Translations under genes and position numbers: made by a program | Virus record (IMG/VR): IMGVR_UViG_3300047509_000028 | Location: 1 to 63,987 of that record | Length of the DNA stretch: 63,987 nucleotides | Origin: a virus | Taxonomy: Duplodnaviria; Caudoviricetes | Direction: 5' to 3' (one strand) | The notes under the pieces: model-generated | Told to the model about the DNA's origin: nothing | The model's input: only the letters and a program-made list of their open reading frames with translations | Database searches by the model: none | Shown: positions 57,104-63,987 of the stretch, piece after piece | Layout of the letters: every line of letters begins with the position of its first letter | Numbering within the stretch: the first letter of the stretch is position 1

Positions 57104-57299
57104 CTGGTATCTCCTTTGTGGTGTACACTTCTATGCCGTCAGCCTCTAGCTTGTGCTTCAACTTCTCCCTAATAATGTTCATGCTTTTCGGTGCTTCAAA
57201 CGCGAGCCGTACCTGTGTTGGTGATATCTGTATGACACGCACGGAGATAGCTTCCCCGATCAGGATTGCTTCGCCTATCGCTGCCGTAAGAACTAGCAC
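57087..57299 (-). CDS. csrA: CsrA/RsmA-like RNA-binding protein (variant)
   Basis: MLVLT..IGE.I.IG..I.V.V......QVRL...AP....I.RE aligns with the CsrA consensus. Confidence 0.8.
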   Translation of the reverse strand: MLVLTAAIGEAILIGEAISVRVIQISPTQVRLAFEAPKSMNIIREKLKHKLEADGIEVYTTKEIPDETAR

Positions 57300-57523
57300 T
57301 AGATGCGCTCCAAGCGTTCTATGTACGTATATTTATTTTTAGCGCTTACGTAACTAATATACGGTTTACCATCGCTCGCTATTTCTACGCACTCACGGTC
57401 ACGCTTGTACTCTAGCCAAATACTCCACCGCCGCGCCTGTTCGTGGGCAAGCTGGTAGATTAGGCAAAGGACAATCAGCCCCACCGTGGCATCGAACGCT
57501 ATTACTACTTCTAATAAATTCAC
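57299..57523 (-). CDS. hypothetical membrane protein
   Basis: N-terminal TM helix; GTGA coupling. Confidence 0.5.
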   Translation of the reverse strand: MNLLEVVIAFDATVGLIVLCLIYQLAHEQARRWSIWLEYKRDRECVEIASDGKPYISYVSAKNKYTYIERLERI

Positions 57524-57951
57524 GGTGCGCTCCTTGCTGCTACTTCGTCTAAGAGATTTTGTAATTCTTCCGGCGTCATTATGACGATCTTTGTTTTGTA
57601 GATTGTTTCTCGCCTATACCGGTCTTGTACTACTTCTATAGGTATCTGCTTTTTAAGCGTGTTTACTAATTCATTAGTTAAAGCGTTACGCATGTATCCT
57701 TCCTGAGCATCCTTCGGCATGTAGCGGGTATCCCTATCTTCTATAGCGGTACAAGCTTGATACGTGTGCTCTCGGATAAACCTGGGGATATCTGCGATTA
57801 GTTCTTTAGGCACTTCTTGCCTATACAAGCTATTACCTAGAAAGTACTTCATCGCGTCAACATGATAAGTGTCTATCTCATCGTACCAATAACGATCAGT
57901 CTGCTTAGGCGGTAGCGGCTGTATCTCTTTTTGTTTGTCGTTGCTTTTCAT
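57520..57951 (-). CDS. hypothetical protein
   Basis: AAAGGAAG RBS. Confidence 0.6.
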   Translation of the reverse strand: MKSNDKQKEIQPLPPKQTDRYWYDEIDTYHVDAMKYFLGNSLYRQEVPKELIADIPRFIREHTYQACTAIEDRDTRYMPKDAQEGYMRNALTNELVNTLKKQIPIEVVQDRYRRETIYKTKIVIMTPEELQNLLDEVAARSAP

Positions 57952-58135
57952 TTCTTCCTTTGGCGTGCTAGGTCACTAATTTGTTCCTGCGTATAACCAG
58001 AATTCTTTGCCCGGTAAGCCTTCCCGTACGTACTTGTGGGTGGTGATTGCCGCTCCTTCCCTGACTTGTACTGTGAACATGGTGGGAGTGTGGCTGGCAT
58101 ATATTTGCCGTTCCACGGGCCTCCTTTTACGGGTA

Positions 58136-58216
58136 TCGGGACGGCGGGATTTGAACCCGCATGGATTTCTCCGGCGGCTTTTAAGGCCGCTTTGTCTGCC
58201 GTTCCAACACGTCCCG
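58136..58216 (-). tRNA. tRNA-Leu(UAA), CCA not encoded
   Basis: Acceptor CGGGACG/CGTCCCG+A, anticodon arm GCGGC-CTTAAAA-GCCGC, long variable arm, T arm GCGGG-TTCAAAT-CCCGC. Confidence 0.88.
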
Positions 58217-58222
58217 AACTAT

Positions 58223-58429
58223 TCATCTATCCACCACGTCGGCGTTAATCTCTTTCATCTTCTCTGTAAAGGCTAATACTCTTTCTACGACTGCCCACTG
58301 CCCCTCGGTAAGCGTCACGATTCTTGTATTCTTACGGGACGCGATGGCGTTTTCTGTTTCGTCCAGTCCTAACTGCTTTCGCGCGTGTGCGCGTATGCCT
58401 TCAAGACTTAGATCGGTGCAGCCGTTCAT
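58223..58429 (-). CDS. hypothetical protein
   Basis: ATGA coupling. Confidence 0.5.
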   Translation of the reverse strand: MNGCTDLSLEGIRAHARKQLGLDETENAIASRKNTRIVTLTEGQWAVVERVLAFTEKMKEINADVVDR

Positions 58430-58980
58430 GCAGACTCCAACAAATTCGTTAGCTTAATCACTAGCTCTCCGTATACATCTTCGTCGCTGTCCACTAGCTT
58501 CCATGCGGAAAGGATATTCTTGCCGGCGTAGAGTGCCTTAATGCTATTGGATTCTTCGCAGAGCAGAAATCTTAATCCTTTAAATAAGTAATCCAAGACA
58601 GGATCACAACTACCGTATTGCAAGTGTCGTAGTGTTTTGCAAAGCTGCTTACGTTGTGCTGCTCTTGTGGGGCTATTAATAATGTTCGTTAGGTCTACAA
58701 ACTCAATGCCTAGCTTATCGCAAAGCTCCTTCGCTACGTCGTAAAGGTCTAAGAGATAGGCTTCTAGTACTTGCTCCGCTTGCTTTTTGCAGCGGGGATG
58801 CGGGGAACCTAACACGACAAGCGTGTTTGCTAATCCTATTTGTTCTAGCACAACGCCATCTATTCGTCCTTCGTCACCATATCTAGCGCCTAATACTGCA
58901 TGCAATTTTTCAGACAAGCTATCCGCTTCCGCGCACCACTGCGAACTTGCTTTAACTGTAGGGGCGCTGGTGTAGATCAT
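58426..58980 (-). CDS. hypothetical protein
   Basis: ATGA coupling; 184 aa. Confidence 0.55.
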   Translation of the reverse strand: MIYTSAPTVKASSQWCAEADSLSEKLHAVLGARYGDEGRIDGVVLEQIGLANTLVVLGSPHPRCKKQAEQVLEAYLLDLYDVAKELCDKLGIEFVDLTNIINSPTRAAQRKQLCKTLRHLQYGSCDPVLDYLFKGLRFLLCEESNSIKALYAGKNILSAWKLVDSDEDVYGELVIKLTNLLESA

Positions 58981-59155
58981 GTTTTTAACGGCTTCGATTC
59001 CGGATCACCTAAACGCATCGCAAGCTTACGGCATTCTTTAGCGTCGGGTAAAGGCCGTTTACCGTTTGCAGCATCAAGTAATACTTGTTCTACTTCCACA
59101 CGGCGATTCATCCATGGCGCGCCCTCTGCCTCCGCTAGTGCGTCGCGGATTTCAG

Positions 59156-59383
59156 CTAGCAGCGAATCGTCACCGAATTGGATATACGCATATTTTCGAT
59201 GTTGTGTGCGAGTTTTGCCTCGCACTTGCGAAGTGCCGCCACAAGTGCATTCTGCGATTCGCCTAGCTTTCGAGCGCGATATTCAGCCTCTTTGAGCTGC
59301 GGTTCTGCGCGAGCATCCGAGTCAGAGAGGTCTTCACGTGCGTTGCTGATGTGGCGCAGGCAAGCGTCAAGATTGGCGTTCAT
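59156..59383 (-). CDS. hypothetical protein (possibly frameshift-linked to 58977-59225)
   Basis: ATGA coupling; GGAGG RBS. Confidence 0.45.
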   Translation of the reverse strand: MNANLDACLRHISNAREDLSDSDARAEPQLKEAEYRARKLGESQNALVAALRKCEAKLAHNIENMRISNSVTIRC

Positions 59384-59610
59384 CCGCCCCTCCCAACGCC
59401 GTATGAATCAAGCGCATTTTCGATATAACGCACAGCTTGCGCATCGTCTGGAACACGATAGCCGAGCGAACGCATGTGCTTTGCCCACGACTCAAGCACT
59501 ACAGACGGGTCAATGTCTGGATAGCAGTACCACATGGAGATATGGCTTTTGCCGCCATTCGTTACGATTGTCCACGCTGCGCTGCGGTCTTCCTTTTTAT
59601 GCTTTTTCAT
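59380..59610 (-). CDS. hypothetical protein
   Basis: Start reassigned to MKKHKK (ATGA overlap, GAGG RBS). Confidence 0.5.
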   Translation of the reverse strand: MKKHKKEDRSAAWTIVTNGGKSHISMWYCYPDIDPSVVLESWAKHMRSLGYRVPDDAQAVRYIENALDSYGVGRGG

Positions 59611-59852
59611 GGTAGAAACCTCAGGTGGCTCATCATGCGATCCTGCAAGCCAGGATGTTTCTTGTGCAGCCGCGCGTTCTCGGCGGATATGTCTGGCGCT
59701 GGCTGCTGCGACTGTAGTGCGGCTGCTTTTGCTGTAACCCATCGGTCAACGGCCAGCATCAATTCGGTGTCCTGTCCTTCGACACCGCCCGTAGTTTGCG
59801 CACACGTTGCGAGCCAATCTCCGGCAGCAATCAGTTCCTCATTAGCGGTCAT
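59607..59852 (-). CDS. hypothetical protein
   Basis: AAGGAG RBS before MTANEEL. Confidence 0.5.
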   Translation of the reverse strand: MTANEELIAAGDWLATCAQTTGGVEGQDTELMLAVDRWVTAKAAALQSQQPAPDISAENARLHKKHPGLQDRMMSHLRFLP

Positions 59853-60045
59853 GGGTTGGCTCCTTCGCTTTGTAGTGCCGCTCAAGTCGTTTCAGTGCGT
59901 CGCTGATACCTGCGCGCGTGATCGTCATATCCGGCACGTACAGCACGCACACCAGCCGTTCGGCGTCGGCGTAGTTGTTGAAATCGCCTGAACTGATCTG
60001 GGCGAAAATCATGTCTGAGTCTGCTTGCCAGTTGTTATCGCTCAC
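59842..60045 (-). CDS. hypothetical protein
   Basis: AAGGAG upstream of GTG 60045. Confidence 0.45.
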   Translation of the reverse strand: MSDNNWQADSDMIFAQISSGDFNNYADAERLVCVLYVPDMTITRAGISDALKRLERHYKAKEPTHDR

Positions 60046-60144
60046 GTCCTCGTCTCCTTCGGTGCGGGTGGACTCCGACTCCATGTATTGCGGAGCGTCG
60101 GGGTACCACCTAGTTCTTTAGCGTCCATAGTTCTTCCTTTGGGA

Positions 60145-60172
60145 AGCTACGCTGCGATATCGCAGCGTAGCT
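60145..60172. repeat. perfect 28-bp palindrome
   Basis: AGCTACGCTGCGAT|ATCGCAGCGTAGCT, intergenic. Confidence 0.9.
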
Positions 60173-60179
60173 GATTTAC

Positions 60180-60506
60180 TTACGGACCTGCTGGCGGCGT
60201 AGCCGCAGGGGTATTCGCCGCGACAGCAGCGGCCAGTGCGTCTGTATTGCCTTGCAGGTCTGCGGCAAGCTTCGTAAGAGCCGCCGTGTCGCCTGCTTCT
60301 GCTGCCGCTACTGCGTCGGTAATCTGCTTAGAAATACCGTTAAGTAGTACAACTGCCGATGCAATGACCGTTGTCTGTGCCGCTACTTCACTTGCAATCA
60401 GGTCTGTTTCTGCGCTCATCTTTTTAAGCTCCTTAAGGATTAATGATTGCCCCCACATGCTGTGTAGGGCAAGTAAGACTAAACAAATAACTAGAACCTC
60501 TAACAT
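60180..60506 (-). CDS. Ala-rich coiled-coil protein with N-terminal hydrophobic segment
   Basis: AGGAGG RBS. Confidence 0.65.
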   Translation of the reverse strand: MLEVLVICLVLLALHSMWGQSLILKELKKMSAETDLIASEVAAQTTVIASAVVLLNGISKQITDAVAAAEAGDTAALTKLAADLQGNTDALAAAVAANTPAATPPAGP

Positions 60507-60578
60507 CTTCTACCTCCTATGCGCGTCCATGCGCCCGCTTTACGTCTTTGCTCTCCATGCACTTGCGCTATCGCGCTT

Positions 60579-61142
60579 CTACCCACTGCTAACTGCTATC
60601 GCATTATCCACTTCCCCTATCTCGATACTACTCTTACGACCTTCTTCTTGCACTGCACGGAAAAGCACGCCGCGTGATTCTGCTGGGGCTTCCTCGCCCT
60701 TTGCGTAGAGATATGCAAGCACTAAGATAAGCTGCTTGGCGGGAATAGCTACCGGCGTTGCCATGAAAGCCTCGATCTTTTCGAGTGCCTTTATTTCTTC
60801 TTCCTTTGTTTTTCCTTTCTTAGCAACCCCTATTACAGACCATGTACCGTACGTTCCATCCTCTATGTTCTTATAGCCGTGTTTGCTAGCAGATTGCTTT
60901 AAGCAATCTTTCTCGTACTTCTTTTCAATCTCTGCTACCCGTGCAAGCGACGCGATCATTCCGTCTACCTGTTCGCCGGGAGATTTACCGCCGAGTTTAG
61001 CGACTTCGACTTTCTCTTGCACAAGCGCAGACAGCCTCTCGTACAATGGAAAGTCTATTTCCTTGTAGCTTTTGTCTGGCGGGTCTTGCCAGTCACCGAG
61101 TTTGCATGTTTTGAAGTGCTGTTTGCTTGCGTAGTATTTCAT
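60579..61142 (-). CDS. hypothetical protein
   Basis: AAAGGAG RBS. Confidence 0.6.
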   Translation of the reverse strand: MKYYASKQHFKTCKLGDWQDPPDKSYKEIDFPLYERLSALVQEKVEVAKLGGKSPGEQVDGMIASLARVAEIEKKYEKDCLKQSASKHGYKNIEDGTYGTWSVIGVAKKGKTKEEEIKALEKIEAFMATPVAIPAKQLILVLAYLYAKGEEAPAESRGVLFRAVQEEGRKSSIEIGEVDNAIAVSSG

Positions 61143-61177
61143 GTTGCTCTCCTTTATCTTTCTGTGATTGGGTTTAG

Positions 61178-61459
61178 TTATTTCTTCGGGTAGCCCGAAA
61201 GTTCTTCGGCTAGTTTCCTATCCATCAGCAAAAACGTTTTCGGCCTGCGATCTTCGGGCCTGCGAAATGTGTTAAACTCCTTCTCATCGTATGCGAATCC
61301 TGCCACCTCAAACATGCCATTATCCATTACTACGATAACTGCCTTATCTTCTGGTACGTCTTTCCATGTACCGATAAAATACTGCGCACCGCGTACGCTA
61401 ATAAGGTCGCCTACTTTGCCCCTGTTGTAGCCTAACGAATGTTCGACGTAATATCCCAT
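61178..61459 (-). CDS. conserved phage hypothetical protein
   Basis: AAGGAG RBS; MGYY...DNG.F..AG......E...F..P.D.RP pattern. Confidence 0.65.
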   Translation of the reverse strand: MGYYVEHSLGYNRGKVGDLISVRGAQYFIGTWKDVPEDKAVIVVMDNGMFEVAGFAYDEKEFNTFRRPEDRRPKTFLLMDRKLAEELSGYPKK

Positions 61460-61478
61460 TTGTTTTCTCCTTGCTTTG

Positions 61479-61554
61479 TGGTGGGCCAGTCTGGAATCGA
61501 ACCAGAATCAATCCGTTATGAGCGGAACGCTTGTAACCAATAAGCTACAGGCCC
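61479..61554 (-). tRNA. tRNA with CAU anticodon, most likely tRNA-Ile2 (lysidine type)
   Basis: GGGCCTGTAGCTTATTGGTT...CTCATAA...GGTTCGATTCC...GGCCCACCA; C4-G69 and C5-G68 pairs; encoded CCA; one acceptor mismatch. Confidence 0.85.
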
Positions 61555-61862
61555 GCTTGTACTACAAATCCGTAGCTTTCGTACTCTGCTACTGTATCCT
61601 GTAGTTCTACTTCTTCCTCTGCTTCTAACGCTTCCCTTACTGAATCATCTTCCTGTTCTTCGATGAAGCAGGAATCTTTCAAACTGTAGCTCAGGTTAAT
61701 TAAGTCAAGCTCTTTTATTTCTCCATCCTCTCGCCAAAGCTGTATCTTATGGCCCGGTACAGGGGCAAACGGAAGTAGCAACACCTTTGTTAGCCAAATA
61801 CTCTCGCTCTCGCGTAACCCTTGCACCTTCACGTTAATGATAAGCGTGGCGTGCTGGATCAT
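61545..61862 (-). CDS. hypothetical acidic protein
   Basis: ATGA coupling; stop codon lies inside the tRNA 5' end. Confidence 0.55.
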   Translation of the reverse strand: MIQHATLIINVKVQGLRESESIWLTKVLLLPFAPVPGHKIQLWREDGEIKELDLINLSYSLKDSCFIEEQEDDSVREALEAEEEVELQDTVAEYESYGFVVQAGL

Positions 61863-62074
61863 GGCTGCACCCTCGCAGCAATTTCCTCTTTCCGTTTCTG
61901 CTTTTCTAGCTCACGCTTCGCGCGCTTATACGCATTGCGTCCATAATCTCTTGGTTTCCGCTTGCCTGTTGCATCCCGCTCGTCGGCGTCATACACGAGT
62001 CTACCTTTCTTGAGCCGCTGCTTAATTAACGCATCGCGGTATTCTTTTTTCTCTTGCTCAGTTTTCATACGCAC
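61859..62074 (-). CDS. small basic hypothetical protein
   Basis: Lys/Arg-rich ORF in the operon. Confidence 0.5.
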   Translation of the reverse strand: MRMKTEQEKKEYRDALIKQRLKKGRLVYDADERDATGKRKPRDYGRNAYKRAKRELEKQKRKEEIAARVQP

Positions 62075-62246
62075 GCGCCTTTGCCGACCAAAGGAGAATA
62101 TCCTCGGCCTGCGATAATGTAGGTACTTCGGGTTTGTCTACTTCACCGACTAGAATCGACTGCGCTTGATACCGCTTCCACGTTTCTAGCGGGTTCTCAT
62201 AGCATGGCAGTCGGTCGGAGATTCGTAGCTGGGGATCGGTGTTCAT
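62058..62246 (-). CDS. hypothetical protein
   Basis: CAGGAAG RBS. Confidence 0.5.
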   Translation of the reverse strand: MNTDPQLRISDRLPCYENPLETWKRYQAQSILVGEVDKPEVPTLSQAEDILLWSAKARAYEN

Positions 62247-62350
62247 AGCAGCTTCCTGTGCTAGTGTGGGGGGCTACTTACGGTAGCTACTCGGCAGTCT
62301 GGTGTTCTCCGCACCTATGCCTAACTGCTTAGGCCCGCGCGTAGCCGCGC

Positions 62351-62467
62351 TTAGTCAAACTTACCCTTCTTCTTTTTACCCTTATCTTCCTTCTTCTCAA
62401 ACGGTTTGCTCTCGGTCTTTTCCTCGGCCTTTGAACCTTCTTTCATCTTTTTCTTCATACCTTTCAT
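62351..62467 (-). CDS. Lys/Glu-rich peptide (38 aa)
   Basis: Read manually: MKGMKKKMKEGSKAEEKTESKPFEKKEDKGKKKKGKFD; TAATG coupling. Confidence 0.5.
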   Translation of the reverse strand: MKGMKKKMKEGSKAEEKTESKPFEKKEDKGKKKKGKFD

Positions 62468-62700
62468 TACGCTTTCCTTCGGTTAGTGGAGCGTTTAACA
62501 ACTTGTAAGTTACTGCGCCCGTTACCGGCTCCTACGCCTCTTACGTGATCTACTTCCTTACCGTCTTGCGAACTTTTACCTTTACGCCCAAGCTTAGCCA
62601 CCGCTGCATTTCTAGCAGCCCTATCTTTAATATCCTGCGGCTTGCCGTGATCGCGGGCGTATTCTTTCGTGTAGTCCCGCTCGCTATTCTTAGTAGGCAT
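62467..62700 (-). CDS. small HNH endonuclease
   Basis: RDYTKEY...RAARNAA...DGKEVDH...GNGRSNL.V...NR motif; start reassigned to MPTKN. Confidence 0.75.
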   Translation of the reverse strand: MPTKNSERDYTKEYARDHGKPQDIKDRAARNAAVAKLGRKGKSSQDGKEVDHVRGVGAGNGRSNLQVVKRSTNRRKA

Positions 62701-63001
62701 AGCCCAATTCCTTTTTACGTGCGTCCAGTTCTTCACAGATACGGTGCATTTCTTCGTGCTTCTTTCGTTGTATCTCTTTTCGCTGCTCACTGCGGGCCGT
62801 GTCTACTGGTTCTAGCAACTTTTTCCATGTGTCGCAGCCGTGTGTTAGTCGCTTAGCGATGGCTCCGTACGCGCCGTTAAACCCTTTGCCTAAAGCAATT
62901 ACGTAAACCTGCTGTATCGAATTAAACTTCATGCCATCTAGCACGTAATGTGCGTGAGCGTTATGCTCGGCCGTAATGAAGTTCTGGCGCGTGCGTGGCA
63001 T
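62690..63001 (-). CDS. hypothetical protein, possibly DNA-binding
   Basis: Directly follows the stop of the DUF3309-like gene. Confidence 0.55.
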   Translation of the reverse strand: MPRTRQNFITAEHNAHAHYVLDGMKFNSIQQVYVIALGKGFNGAYGAIAKRLTHGCDTWKKLLEPVDTARSEQRKEIQRKKHEEMHRICEELDARKKELGYAY

Positions 63002-63148
63002 CTAAAGCCTACCTGTCAATAGCAGAATAATAAGAAGAATCAGGATAATCAAGCCTACAGCGCCATTAGGGCCATTGCCCCAATTGAAGTTAAGGCCGCC
63101 GAGTAACACAACGATTAATAAGATAAGCAATAGCAGTCCGATGCTCAT
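63002..63148 (-). CDS. DUF3309-like small membrane protein (48 aa)
   Basis: Read manually: MSIGLLLLILLIVVLLGGLNFNWGNGPNGAVGLIILILLIILLLTGRL; AAAGGAG RBS. Confidence 0.75.
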   Translation of the reverse strand: MSIGLLLLILLIVVLLGGLNFNWGNGPNGAVGLIILILLIILLLTGRL

Positions 63149-63243
63149 GGTACTTCTCCTTTAGTAAACACTACGCCCTTTATAACCATCGGTGTCCCAT
63201 TAGCTATGTTCTGCTATTAAGGATGGCGTAGCGGTAAATTGGT

Positions 63244-63365
63244 GCGGTTAAATTAGTAGTGCGACTAGTGCTGGCTAAGGATTACTGCCTACTTCCGCAG
63301 GTTCTTACAACTTAGCGGTTGCCCTTGCAAGAGTCGTAGCGCCGAAAGTCGCACTACCAAACCGC
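63244..63365 (-). ncRNA. candidate structured ncRNA with pseudoknot
   Basis: 13-bp closing stem UGGUAGUGCGACU/AGUCGCACUACUA plus GCGGUU/AACCGC; inner stems with GCAA and GGAA tetraloops; GCUAAG/CUUAGC crossing pairing. Confidence 0.6.
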
Positions 63366-63524
63366 TTATCCTTTCACTTTCTTCAAATTCGGATTAGCGC
63401 GCTTTGCTTTCTTGCTCGCATTCCGTGCGCCTGCCGCGATAATCGCGCTGGCGTTCTTCATCGGTAAACCTTCTTTAGCGGCTACGCTCTTAGCAGCCGC
63501 TTTGAATCCCATACCCTTAGCCAT
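63366..63524 (-). CDS. small basic Lys/Ala-rich protein (52 aa)
   Basis: Read manually: MAKGMGFKAAAKSVAAKEGLPMKNASAIIAAGARNASKKAKRANPNLKKVKG; GGAG RBS. Confidence 0.65.
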   Translation of the reverse strand: MAKGMGFKAAAKSVAAKEGLPMKNASAIIAAGARNASKKAKRANPNLKKVKG

Positions 63525-63537
63525 TAGGAGTTCTCCA

Positions 63538-63816
63538 TTAGTAGCTGGTTATCGGCACAATCGTATGGTTAGCTAATACCGCCGCGCCTGCTGGCGTGAT
63601 CTTGTACTCTACCTGCGGATCAGGCGGCGAAGTTACTAACATACCGGCTTTTACTAAAAGGGCTAACGGTGCTACATTACCGGCCCATACACTTTGCGGT
63701 TGAAAGCTAGTCGTTGCTTTTTGCAGCGCGTCGAACATTGGCTGTGTGATATTGCCGGCCTGTATGCCTGCTACGATGCGTGCTGTTAGCGCTTCTTGCT
63801 GCGGACTCGTACTCAT
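63538..63816 (-). CDS. hypothetical winged-helix-like protein
   Basis: L..LVKAGML.....YKITPAG...L pattern; GAGGA RBS. Confidence 0.6.
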   Translation of the reverse strand: MSTSPQQEALTARIVAGIQAGNITQPMFDALQKATTSFQPQSVWAGNVAPLALLVKAGMLVTSPPDPQVEYKITPAGAAVLANHTIVPITSY

Positions 63817-63987
63817 GATAGTTCCTCAGTTAGTAAAATAGCAACGCCTAGTCGTCTTAGTATGGGCCGCATGGCGCGGGGGAAATTAACGCCCTATCGT
63901 TGCCTGCTAGTGTTAAGGCACTTGCTAGCTTGCCATCACCATTTCCCACACCAATGTTCAGTGGAGCAACGGGCCTCGTAATCAGTG

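Noticed and set aside
57948-58226. 92-aa ORF
   Set aside because: Its 5' half is the tRNA-Leu gene; at most a short ORF exists downstream of the tRNA
63895-63930. Twister-like GCCUUAACACU on the minus strand
   Set aside because: The twister L4 (GGUNNNAAGCC) and matching P2/T1 strands are absent
1-63987. Integrase/lysogeny module, phage RNA polymerase, reverse transcriptase/DGR, stop-codon recoding
   Set aside because: No such motifs were seen; genes read through under the standard code and the apparent breaks are explained by the intron and the split intein

Overview
The window looks like a complete or near-complete ~64 kb tailed dsDNA phage genome. It has a podovirus-like virion module and a probable Gram-negative/proteobacterial host, inferred from sigma70-like promoters, a CsrA homolog, a DUF3309-like peptide and a lysis lipoprotein. 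Layout: (i) a leftward early/host-takeover block at 1-8.3 kb (SprT-like protease, MoxR-type AAA+ ATPase and partner, amidoligase-like protein); (ii) a rightward block at 8.7-42.3 kb with terminase, lysis cassette, portal, scaffold, capsid, adaptors, tail fibres, ejection proteins and a 2476-aa polyvalent protein; (iii) a leftward replication/accessory block at 42.3-64 kb (primase-helicase, SNF2 helicase, VRR-NUC, MazG-like, Cas4-like nuclease, ATP-dependent ligase, family A DNA polymerase, CsrA-like protein, two tRNAs). The most notable feature is how much RNA and protein self-processing the genome carries. The major capsid gene is split by a group I intron with a LAGLIDADG ORF. The DNA polymerase is a fractured gene that needs trans-splicing by a naturally split intein, with a free-standing HNH gene between the halves. 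A hammerhead ribozyme lies between two early genes. Several unexplained structured RNAs with GGA loops occur in a genome that also encodes a variant CsrA. There is also a ~25-bp TTGAAAC repeat array in the early leader, four paralogous Cys-Cys tail adaptors, and one domain inserted in two different virion proteins. All calls come from reading motifs by eye; no database searches or folding programs were run.
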